A stretch of DNA of 64,000 nt from assembly GCA_043228905.1 (NCBI GenBank), contig JBHGNT010000022.1, positions 2,108,001 through 2,172,000 on the forward strand. Reading direction: 5' to 3'. Source of the stretch: Azolla caroliniana. Its lineage: Eukaryota; Plantae; Polypodiophyta. The position numbers and the translations under genes were made by a program. Below the pieces are notes generated by a model. The model did not search any database and was not told where the DNA came from. It saw only the letters and a program-made list of their open reading frames with translations. Positions 1-10,053 of this stretch are shown in pieces (the stretch's first letter is position 1; every line of letters starts with the position of its first letter).

Positions 1-1
1 A

Positions 2-1009
2 CTTCGTGAAATACTTTGCTTCACTGAGGCGTTCTAGAAGGCTTGAGATCAATGGGAGAGCATATCGGTTTCTAACGGTCACTTTATTCAAGCCTCGATA
101 ATCCACGACCATACGAAGCGTACCATCTTTCTTCTTAACGAAAAAGATGGGTGCACCAGCAGGAGATTTTGAATGTTGGATAAAACCATTTGCCAAGTTC
201 TCATTGATATATTCTCGAAGAACCTCTAACTCCGTGGGCGAAAGATTATAAATTGGTCCCCATGGAGGCTCTTTTCCTGGCTGCAAATCAATTGGGCAAT
301 CATATGGTCGATGCTCTGGTAGTCTATTAGCCTTCACCTTATCGAACACATCGGAGAATTCTATGTACTTCTTTGGTAGTTGGACCCCCAATTCTTGTGA
401 GCTAGATGAGGGAGTTGCTAAAACCGCAAATACCATCATGTCTTCCTTTCTTCCATCCTCTCGTAATTGATGTATAGAGATTGTTGAAATTGTGGGGGAT
501 CCTAGATCCTTAGTTGGAGCTTCAAGAGACTTGGATTGTACGGTGACCTCTTCAATAGTTCTTTTTCTCCAATCAATGGTTGGGTTATGTAACTCAAACC
601 AAGGAAGACCAAGAACTAGAGAGTGCTCCGGACTACTAATGATGTTAAATGAGATGACACTAGCCAAATTACCTAGGACTACACGAATTGGTTCAGACTC
701 TTCGACTATATCTCCTGATGCTATAGGGCGACCATCGATGACTCCTACAGCTACTGGGTTTGGGAGTTTTTTCAGGATGATGTTTTGAGTCAATGCAAAC
801 TCGCGATCCATGAAACAAGAATTGGCTCCGGAATCTAGGAGGGCAGAGGCTAGGGCGCGATGACCTGTAGATGTGCTAAGCTCGACTTGTGCAGAAAAAA
901 CTCTACTAACTTGATTTGATGAAATGGAACCACAACTAGGTACTGACTCTACATAACTAGGATGGTCCAACCAAATGGCTCCTATTTTGGCCGGACTTAT
1001 TCGTTTAAC
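2..1009 (-). CDS. pol: Pol of element T (protease + start of RT), partial, in the -1 frame relative to gag
   Basis: Manual translation is open to the window edge: ALLDSGANSCFMD (protease), LVLGLPWFELHNPTIDW, LPEHRPYDCPIDLQPGKEPPWGPIYNLS, SKSPAGAPIFFVKKKDGTLRMVVDYRGLNKVTVRNRYALP (RT). Not listed in the ORF track. Confidence 0.92.
965..1009 (-). promoter_or_regulatory. -1 ribosomal frameshift signal: G_UUA_AAC + 6-nt spacer + 11-bp stem-loop
   Basis: Heptamer at 1009-1003 in the gag frame, gag stop at 999-997, stem GUCCGGCCAAA/UUUGGUUGGAC at 996-965; pol is open in the -1 frame. Confidence 0.75.
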
Positions 1010-2124
1010 ACATCCTCTAATTGGCTCAAGACATCAAATCTATTCTCATGGCATGGGCTATTAGGCTTAGTACTTAAGTTATTAGAAGTGATAGTAGAAC
1101 TTGATGTAGGGTTGTCATGTGCACTTACTTGGTAAACTTGACGCCTGGGTTTATGTGGACAATTCACAGCTATATGTCCTGGACCACCACAGTAGAGGCA
1201 TAGGCGATGCGCCCGACGTCGTTGTTTCTCAGCATCTGATAAGGGCCCTCGACGTTGTGTCGACTCTATTTCCATCGGAGTGGGACCATCCCTCGTAACG
1301 GGTCTAGAACCTTGTGGCGGTGTGGTGACTATAGAAGCGTATGTCTGTTCCGGTTGGCGGCGTAACATTTGTTGACGTTCAGAACGTCGCTCAAATAGGC
1401 GATTATCACATCGCACAGCTCGGCTAATAGCTTCAGTAAGAGACTTTGGATCTTCATGGAAAGTAAGAAGAAGATCTTTGACATCGTTACGCAAACCCTG
1501 ACGGAATTGATCCATTAAGGCTGCCTCATCCCAAGGGATGTCGCATGCCAAGAGACGGAAATCTGCGGCATAAGCTGAAGCGGGACGATCTCCTTGTCGG
1601 AGTCTTCGAATCTTGTTTATTGCAGTCCTAGTGCTATCCGTATCTCCAAAACTAGCTTGAAACTCCTTAACGAATGCCTCGAAATCCTCCAGTAATGGTG
1701 ATTTCTTCTCAAGAAGTGGTGCAAACCATGCTAACGCTGTACCGCTTAGCAAGGTTCCTATTAATCCCACACGGGCAGCATCAGTTGGATACCGATTGGG
1801 ATGTAACTGAATCACCAAACGAACTTGATTCAGGAAACCTCGAAAGAGAGATCTGGTACCATCAAACTTGGCAGGGAGGCTAATCTTTGGTTCCCTTGGG
1901 GAGTTTTGAACCCCCGCCGCTTGTTCTCGTAATGTTAATATAGTAGCCTCAAGTTGATGAACCCGTTGTGATAACTCCTCATATTGATGAGCTTTCTCAG
2001 TACTGACTTGTTGAAGATCCCCGAGTAGCCTTTGATTTTCTTGCTCTAATGCCACAAACTTAGTGGTGAGCATATCGAGCTCCGAAAGGACACGCATATA
2101 CTCTTGCTTGCTGACCGACTCCAT
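997..2124 (-). CDS. gag: Gag of element T (retrotransposon capsid + CCHC zinc knuckle)
   Basis: 375-aa ORF: N-terminal coiled coil, LPAKFDG, LRQGDRPASAYAADF, PTPMEI, CLYCGGPGHIAVNC. Confidence 0.93.
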   Translation of the reverse strand: MESVSKQEYMRVLSELDMLTTKFVALEQENQRLLGDLQQVSTEKAHQYEELSQRVHQLEATILTLREQAAGVQNSPREPKISLPAKFDGTRSLFRGFLNQVRLVIQLHPNRYPTDAARVGLIGTLLSGTALAWFAPLLEKKSPLLEDFEAFVKEFQASFGDTDSTRTAINKIRRLRQGDRPASAYAADFRLLACDIPWDEAALMDQFRQGLRNDVKDLLLTFHEDPKSLTEAISRAVRCDNRLFERRSERQQMLRRQPEQTYASIVTTPPQGSRPVTRDGPTPMEIESTQRRGPLSDAEKQRRRAHRLCLYCGGPGHIAVNCPHKPRRQVYQVSAHDNPTSSSTITSNNLSTKPNSPCHENRFDVLSQLEDVLNE

Positions 2125-2196
2125 AACCGCGGGGGAAAAAGAAAGAAGGATAAAGAAGAAAGCTTGCTAGGGTTATTGGAGAAAGGGAAAAGAAAT

Positions 2197-2207
2197 ATTC
2201 GGTTCAA
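2197..2207 (-). promoter_or_regulatory. Self-priming PBS of element T (TTGAACCGAAT)
   Basis: Lies 2 nt after the LTR end and does not begin with TGG. It is the exact complement of ATTCGGTTCAA at 2446-2436, about 26 nt downstream of TATAAATA. Confidence 0.75.
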
Positions 2208-2209
2208 AC

Positions 2210-2756
2210 TGTCGTGACTCTTGAGTAGGAAGCAGAGAGAGAGCGATGGCGATAGAGATAACGATAACGATAGAGATGGCGAGAGCGGTAGAGATAGCGA
2301 TAGTGATAGCAAAAGAGAGTGAAAAAGGGAGAGAGTGCGAGAGAGAAAAGTATAAGTGAGAGATAAGAAATGGGAATGAGATTATATTATGAGAAAGAAG
2401 ATTACAAGGAGTAGGCTAAGGGCTAAAGACTGGTGTTGAACCGAATGAGTTGAGATGAGTGTATGGACTCTTATTTATAGGCCCTTATGGAGTATTCTAG
2501 AATGTTCTAGAATATTTTAGATATTTATGAATAATAATAATAATAAATATAATCATGAAATATTCAAGAACATTCTAGAATAATCTAGAATGTTCTAAAT
2601 ATCTCGTAATAACTAAACATATAATTATTATGATTACATCTCACATATGTTATTACAATGGTTAAAGTACAATATGTAAACCAAGAGGTTATGGGTTCGA
2701 TTCCTGGTTCGCCAAGATGAATGTCATGATAAGCCAAGATGTATGTCTTCATGACA
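2210..2756 (-). repeat. 5' LTR of element T (547 bp)
   Basis: Termini TGTCATGA...TCACGACA (imperfect inverted repeat); TATAAATA at 2479-2472; CT-rich U5. Confidence 0.8.
2659..2714 (+). other. Degenerate tRNA-like / Pol III A-box-B-box segment inside the T LTR
   Basis: TGGTTAAAG (A-box-like, 2659-2667), GGTTCGATTCC (B-box, 2694-2704), ends in ...TCGCCA. I could not build a complete cloverleaf. Confidence 0.45.
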
Positions 2757-4870
2757 CCGACGGTTCTGTTAACCGATACAAAGCCCGGCTAGTGGCGAAG
2801 GGATACGTGCAGACCCACGTAATCGACTACGACCAGACCTTCGCTCCTGTGGCGAAGATGACGACGGTTCGTGTGGTACCGGCGGTTGTTGCGGCAAGGG
2901 GGTGGCATCTTCACCAGATGGATGTGAAGAGCGCCTTCCTTCAATGAGAGCTTGAAGAAGAAGTCTTTATGACTCAGCCCCCCAGATTTCAATCGGAGAT
3001 GAACAAGTCGGCGGTATGCCGACTGAAGAAGTCGCTTTACGGCTTGAAGCAAGCCCCCCGAGCTTGGAACGCGAAGATCACGCACCGGTTGCGTAAGCTG
3101 GGGTTTGCTTTCTCTAAGTCGGACTCTTCGTTGTTCATCCGGCAAGGCTCTGACGGTCCGGTATGTATACTCTTGTATGTGGATGATTTAGTCATCACCG
3201 GACCGGGTCTTCCCAAAATCAACCGCGTCAAGTCCCAGTTGTCGGACGCATTCGAAATGAAGGACCTGGGGGACCTTCATTATTTTCTTGGGATCGAAGT
3301 GATCCGGACCCCCGACGGCATATTGCTCTCACAACGACATTACGTGTTGAATATGCTGTATAAGTTCGGCATGACGGATTGCCGACCTGTCTCCACACCC
3401 CTGGACCGAAACCAGAAGCTCCGTCCCAACTCCGGACCGGCTTGCAATGAGAAACGGTTCCGACAGGTTGTCGGAAGCCTGATCTACTTAACCATCACCC
3501 GACCCGACATCAGCTATCCGGTCGGGATGGTAAGTCAGTTCATGCAGAAGCCGACCGTGGAGCACCTTCAGTGCGCGCAACGAATATTACGGTATGTCAG
3601 TGGCACTAAGGACCGGGGACTGCTATACCGACGAGGTATACCCGAAGAGCTTGTCGGTTACACAGATGCTGACTGGGCCGGCGATGCGTCTGATCGCCGC
3701 TCCACTTCCGGATACATGTTCTCCATAGGTAGCGCGGCCGTTGCGTGGAGCAGCAAGAAGCAGCCCACAGTGGCTTTGTCAAGCACTGAGGCTGAGTACC
3801 GGGCCGCAACCGTTGGCACTTGTGAAGCCATCTGGCTTCGGCGACTGCTGCGAGACTTGCGGATCGAGGTATCGACCCCGATCCCGATTTACTGCGATAA
3901 CATGAGCAGCCTGCAGCTCGCCAGGAACCCTGTGTTCCATGCTCGCACAAAGCACATCGAGATGCACTACCACTTCATGCGTGAGCGGGTTCTGAGCGGT
4001 GAAGTTGACCTACGGTATGTTCATACGGATCGGCAAGTTTCCGACATCTTCACCAAGCCGCTCGGATCGGACAAGTTGCAACACTTTACCGACATGCTTG
4101 GTATTCAGCATCTCGACGTGCCGCACTTGAGGGGGAGAAGCAAGGGCAAAGTCCCTATCGAAACGGGCAAAGGCAAAAAAACTGTTGAACCCGTCGGTAA
4201 GAGGAGAGCCAGAAGAAGAGGAGACAAGAAGATGAAGGAAGCCGAGTCGACAAAGGAAGTTGACACATCCGAATAGGTCGGAGCAAGCGGCTGTGAAGAA
4301 GAGTTGTGCACTCAGGAAGAGAAGTGCATGCTGTGCGGAGGTCATCACGACGGTACTGACCATGATGCGGAGTCGAATGAAGAATTCGATTTCGGTTCAC
4401 CGGCTGAAGAAGCCGAGGGAAGCATGGAGAAGGCCAAGACTCGGAAGTGGTCCGATGTGGTGAGAGGCCTAAAGCCGGAAGTCGAATCGGAGTGTACCGA
4501 TTCGGACAAGAGCTGGAACGAGTCGGAGACAACTGACTCGGATCAACAGATGGATCCGGATGAGTCAGATCGACTGAAGGCCATGGGGACACGAACACAA
4601 CGGAAGTCAATGCCATCGTGGGAGAACTGACGGATCGGCAAGCGCCGGAGTCACAACAACGTGACTGCTGAGATGGGCCTATTGAGCAGACATGCCGACC
4701 GAGAGGGTCGAGGCGCGCAGAACCAAAGGGGTCACGGCAAACGGGACCGGACCGGACGAGGAGTGCGAGCAAGGCGGAGTGACACCGGGAGAAGTCGGTT
4801 GAATGAACCGACTGCCACAGAGGTCAACACTATGACCCCACCTCAGGTTGAGCTTGAGGGGGAGTGTTGA
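2757..4870 (+). pseudogene. pol: Copia G pol (RT-RNaseH + ~240-aa tail) with in-frame stops at 2945, 4274 and 4628
   Basis: ORFs 2717-2947, 2969-4276, 4304-4630 and 4661-4870 are all in one frame, ending PQVELEGEC*. Confidence 0.85.
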
Positions 4871-5273
4871 GCGGCAAGGTCAACCGGAGCCGGATCGGCT
4901 GAATAAGCCGGAGCCGGTAAGCGAGACGGATCAGGCGAAACGGATCAGTATGACGGTGAGCAACCGAACCGGCAAGCAGTGGAGGCCGGGTGCAATCCGT
5001 AACTGGCAGTCCAATCGGAAGCCTAGAATAGGATAGACTACTAGGTATCTATAGTCTCGTAGTAAGTGTCAGATGCTCGTGTGAGCATTGAAGTACATGG
5101 TACTTCTGTCAGTCCCAAGAGGACTTGTATAAATAGTGCTACATAGCACAGTGTGTAAAAACAGAGTCTTGACATAATTTTGGAAATCACGTTCTGCTCT
5201 CTCTGTCTCTCTCTCTCTGTGTTGTTCTTTGTTTTACGCTTCCGCAAACACTCACGTTTACAACTTATTAACA
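4865..5273 (+). repeat. 3' LTR of Copia G (right end approximate: 5262 or 5273)
   Basis: Starts TGTTGAGCGGCAAG after the PPT; related to the B/E LTRs; TATAAATA at ~5128. Confidence 0.75.
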
Positions 5274-6299
5274 ATCATTTGATATCTTGCTTGCAACTAC
5301 ATGGTTTGAATGCATTAACCATACCAGGTGGCTTGAGAGGGAGATTGAGATAACAAGCTCAATCCACACATCTTATATGTGAGCATGCACTCCTTGCGGC
5401 ACGTGTGTTAAAGTTCCTCATTGACGTAATAAATTGGAGATGCCTTTGCATTGACTAAGGTAGATACCTCATTCACTTTCACGTTGTTACTGGATTGTTC
5501 CTAAATTCTATGTGTACTTGTTCAGATGATCTATATCAATCAAGCCATCTCTGTTTGATAAAGTGCTGGTTACCCTCAATTTATAATTGTTTTTCATCCC
5601 TGATTTTGCTTAATACATACTCTTGGTGAATATTGTGTATTCTCCACTTTCTCTTTATTCTTTTATACATAGCACAAACATGTATGTCTTACTTAATCTA
5701 TTATGATGTATAGAACGTTATTCTCTAGTTCTTTACCAATGACTTAATATTTTTGTTGTTTAATAAGTGATTGTTTTGCCTTTACAGATCTTACAAATGC
5801 AAAACATATGCCATAATTGGGGATATTTCATAATTGGAAATGAACTTTTATTTGGCATTATGTTGTACAAATGAAACTGGATATAAGTTTGTTGAGAAAA
5901 GCAAAACCAACATGACTTTGCTACCCGGTATACATTCTTTGGCAAATACAAACTTATGATGTTGGAATCATGGATTTTTGCTTATTGTCAAGAGTGACGA
6001 ACTACCTTTTCCCCTAAGAGTCTTGATTGTCATTGATTAGTGGGTCATATATTTTTTATGGAAAAATTCATGAGTTTGTAGAGATATATGCTTTTATATC
6101 TTTGTGAAAAATGTTATGGTAATATATAATGACTTATTCTCGGTTGCATCATGCTTTTCCCTACCTAAATTCAAATTCTAGCCTCTTTACATTAGCACAT
6201 ATAGTTTTTTTTTTGTTGTTGAAAGATGCACCTTAGTATATTACTTCAAAACCGTACATAGAGAAAACAGAAGGAGACATTTCATCTCACTTCTATTGT

Positions 6300-8860
6300 A
6301 AGATACAAAATCTAGTATACGCATCTAATCAAATAGATGATGTCATATATGAAACAAGTAGAACAATACTATCAACAATGCAACATAAAAGAAGGTATGA
6401 CATCATTTCACTTCAGACCAACAATTGTATCCGAAAATAAGTGAAGTCCTTGCCATCGGTTCTTGCCACTTGCCGTTGCCATAGAACATCATCCAAACCC
6501 TATAGATCATCATATTGACCACGTAGTGTGTGGACAAATAACATCCAGAATCCAATAAGCATAGTGTTGAGATGTATGTGAACATTGTTAAAAATAGAAT
6601 CACATCTCGCTTTCCATATTATCCAAAGAGTCAACGACATAATAGTATGCCAAATAACCAAAATTTTAATTCTGAACCGTCGAATAGAAGAAGGAAATGA
6701 GGTGAGAGAGAGGTTATGAGGTATGAAAGTATGCATGCTTCTCATGTCTTTTGCTTTTCTTATGGACACTTGTTAATATCATATGCATCAAGTACAACGA
6801 AGAGTCTGGCTAGATTTGATGGAATATATCCAAGCATTGGATCTTTGAACTCCTACAAAGCCTAATATTCACCTTTATACATTTTCACACTCCACCGCAT
6901 CTCATAACCAAGGTATGCATGAATAGACAATATATATTAATTGCTCAAGAATGTACCGAGTTCATAAGTAAAATATGGATTCATCATTCTTGTACACTTT
7001 TGGATTACACTTGTTTTTACTTTAGCTTAGATTCCAAACTTTGTATGGATGATCATGCATTGCCTTGAAAAAGCAAGCTTCAAGTTAACAATAGTTAGAA
7101 TGATGTGGTTCGTGATGTGATTTTCCCTCTACACATTGTCGTCATGCATTAGGTAGTTGCAGGCCCCATAGTGGTCCCTCTTTCAATCGATGATAGATCA
7201 TGTAACAATTAGTGCTACCATGGTGGTCGAGAGAAAGCAGGATAAGGGATACCTTGAGCACTATTTACTAAACCCATGTAGGTTCATTATCATGATCTTC
7301 GCCCCAATAACTTCCAACATTATCTTCCTCCTAATACCTGCATGCATGTGAGATCATTATCTAATAAATTTCTCTCAACAATTTTGATAGAACCCATGCA
7401 CATTGATTATCTTGCTTACGAAGGAAAACATGTAAAATTTACGTGGCCATACATACTTGTGCTTTCCTTGGAAAGAGTATGAAACATATTTCACAATAGG
7501 ATAAACATTAAAATATTGGTAGATTGTGTTGGTGTGTACTTATTTGTACCAAACATGGAGCCCATGCCTAACAACTCCAATTTGAAGATTTGTCACACAT
7601 TTCACATTGCCATATTTCAACCCTAGTTATATACATCTCAATTTCATTAACAAAAAGTACTTATTTGAATATTTTAACATCATCTCCTTCACTCTTAAAA
7701 TCATCATCATTGCAAAATTGATATACTACTAGTACACCTACGTGAGTGTGAGAGACAAGTAATTATGTTGTGCCAATGGTGGTTGAGTCATTGATTTTGC
7801 ATGAACCATATGGATATGAAGTTTTAAAACTCGGCTACTTTAGGAGTTTAAAAGAGTAATGCTTGTTTTTTTATTTATCCTACAAAACAATACTCCAATT
7901 GTGTTCTCTCATCTAAATATGCTAATTAGAACCATATCTCTCACAATCTTGATGGAATTATGTTCCAACTAAGTGATTAAGCTCATTACACTTTTCACCT
8001 TGTGCAAATAATTTATTTGATTCCTACCAATGCCACTATCTCGGATGCATAATTCACTTATTTTATCTCCTTGTACCTACTTGTAGTTGAGATGATCGAT
8101 GTTGTGACTTGCCAAAAATAACCGTATTATCTATTTGTCTTTGCTCCTAACCATGAGTCCTTCTCTCTATGTAATAAAAAAAGAGCCATCAAGCATAGAG
8201 TCCCTAATAGCTCCACATATATGAAGTACTACTCTTCACATGCTCTACGAGACCTTAGCCTAGGCAATGTGGCATGAAGCTTGTATTATCCCCATAAATG
8301 TGATATACAGGCTTACAACTACAAAAAATGGAAGTATATTGTGGGTAATTTAACTTTAGTTAATGCAACTCCTAACTATCATGTAGCCACAAAGTCAATT
8401 ATTACAATCATTCCATAGGCGAGAGCCCGCTCCTTACTAAATACGAGTCATTTCTGGCACATGTTTATGTGACATAATCATGTCATCAATGAAATAATAA
8501 GAATTGATGTTTAAAGCCCTAATTATATCACAAATGATAAACCCTTCTCCTCTAATAGATATACAGAAGTTATAATAACCAAAAGTTGTACGACAATCCC
8601 TTTACATTGGATAATTTGAGCTCAAGATGGTAATGCATAAAAGTTGGTTGATGATATGACCATGACCATCCATCAAAGTGAATATTTTGAGGTATATACC
8701 CTTCCTTAAGAAACAAAATCTTGTCATAATTGTCGATTAACTTTTGATAACGAAAATTGTGATTTATAGCTTCCATTTAGCCATTGTATCACATAAGAAT
8801 TCTCAATAGATGTGCATTTCCTAGTCCATTAATAATTATCATGCTATAAATAATTAGCAA
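6300..8860 (-). mobile_element. Highly degenerate L1-type LINE remnant (boundaries approximate)
   Basis: LWIIWKARCDSIFNN (plant L1 C-terminal WxIWKxRNxxIF motif) in ORF 6500-6769. Endonuclease-like IIINGLGN and DKILFLKE near 8700-8840. Confidence 0.5.
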
Positions 8861-9477
8861 TGAACATAAAATTTCCACACGCTCATTAGTTAGTAGTCTC
8901 CCATTATAAGTTTGGTATGATGTAAAATATCCATGGCAACAATATTGAGGTCTGTTCACAATGACCAAAATACAATTCATACCACTTAAACTTATTTTGA
9001 AATCGGTTTGAGTTAATTGGCATTGGTCTCACCATCTTATTCACGCCCTTAGGTTGTTGGTGATAGGTTAAAATCACAAAGATGCAAATTTAAATACAAG
9101 CACAGAATAAGGATTGGTAAAACAATGGTGACAATTCATGATTGATTGCAATAAAACAAGGATAGTAGTTGCTAACCGGAAGATAGTACCATGTTGGATG
9201 TTGTTCTTTCTCCATGTTAGTGTCAAGGGTTGGCTTAAGATGAGAAATATGTAGAAAATGATCACATATTTTTTGTTGAAATAACACAGATGCTTGCTTG
9301 TCCTTTGCATTTGTGTCCAAGGTTGGGTGCCAAAGACAAAATTCCAAGAAAATGAAGCAAGCACATGCAATTTCCAAAATTAAACAACACATAAGATTGC
9401 TCTTTCTTTGTGAATGAGTCAGATCTATGGGTTAGATGAAGTTATGTTGTCGAAACAAAGTGAGAAACAAGGAAATC

Positions 9478-9480
<3 letters not shown>

Positions 9481-9528
<48 letters not shown>
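9481..9528. repeat. (GA)n microsatellite upstream of the ZIP gene
   Basis: About 24 perfect GA units. Confidence 0.95.
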
Positions 9529-9530
<2 letters not shown>

Positions 9531-10053
9531 ACACACAGTTTCTCCCAAAATAGCATCAAAGGCTTGATGTTTTCGGATATGTGGGTGGGGTGTTTTCGAG
9601 GGTTAGATCGCCACATACAAGGTTGTCGTCAAAACGAAGCAAGAAACAAGGAAATGTGCCAGTGAACGGATACAGTAGTTTTGGCCTGAATAGCATCAAC
9701 GACTCGCTTTGAATAGCTACACCAACGGCTGGCTCCATGGGCCAAATTTGGGTCTTAGAAGACGTTAATATATCTTTCTTTCTTTGGCCAAAGCTAAAAA
9801 CAAGCCAAAAAAAATTGCACACTCGCCTTGGTGAGGGGCATTCCAAGAAATAAAGAAAAGTATAAACCTTTGAAAAACCCCTTTGAAACGCAAAAAAAAG
9901 AAAAGAAAAAAAAAGCAACTTCGGAAACGCAAAAAGCAACAACAAAAAAAGAAAAAGCTTATCATGGCGAAACACAAATAAAATAGGAGCAACAAGAAAA
10001 AAAAAAAAAAAAATACAAAAAAAAAACCAAAACAGAGAGTCATCACCATCGCC

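Larger units (their letters stand above)
1..2756 (-). mobile_element. Element T: Ty3/Gypsy LTR retrotransposon, chromovirus (Tcn1/Tf1-like), 5' half; runs off the left edge; inserted into the RT of Copia G
   Basis: 5' LTR, gag and -1-frame pol on the minus strand. Copia RT sequence (..[15 protein letters not shown]) resumes directly at 2757. The second LTR and the TSD are outside the window. Confidence 0.92.
2757..5273 (+). mobile_element. Element G: Ty1/Copia, 3' part (RT-RNaseH, C-terminal tail, 3' LTR)
   Basis: RT motifs YGLKQAPRAW and LLYVDD; RNase[10 protein letters not shown] and RTKHIE; PPT 4854-4864; LTR from 4865. Confidence 0.9.

Noticed and set aside
953-996. Pseudoknot at the T frameshift site (loop UAGGA with downstream UCCUA)
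   Set aside because: Only 2 nt link stem 1 to the partner, too short to cross an 11-bp stem. Kept as a simple stem-loop.
2717-2756. N-terminus of ORF 2717-2947
   Set aside because: Chimeric: it starts in the T LTR and runs into Copia G RT.
9440-9460. Zinc-deficiency response element upstream of ZIP
   Set aside because: TTGTCGAAAC does not fit RTGTCGACAY, and I saw no full match.
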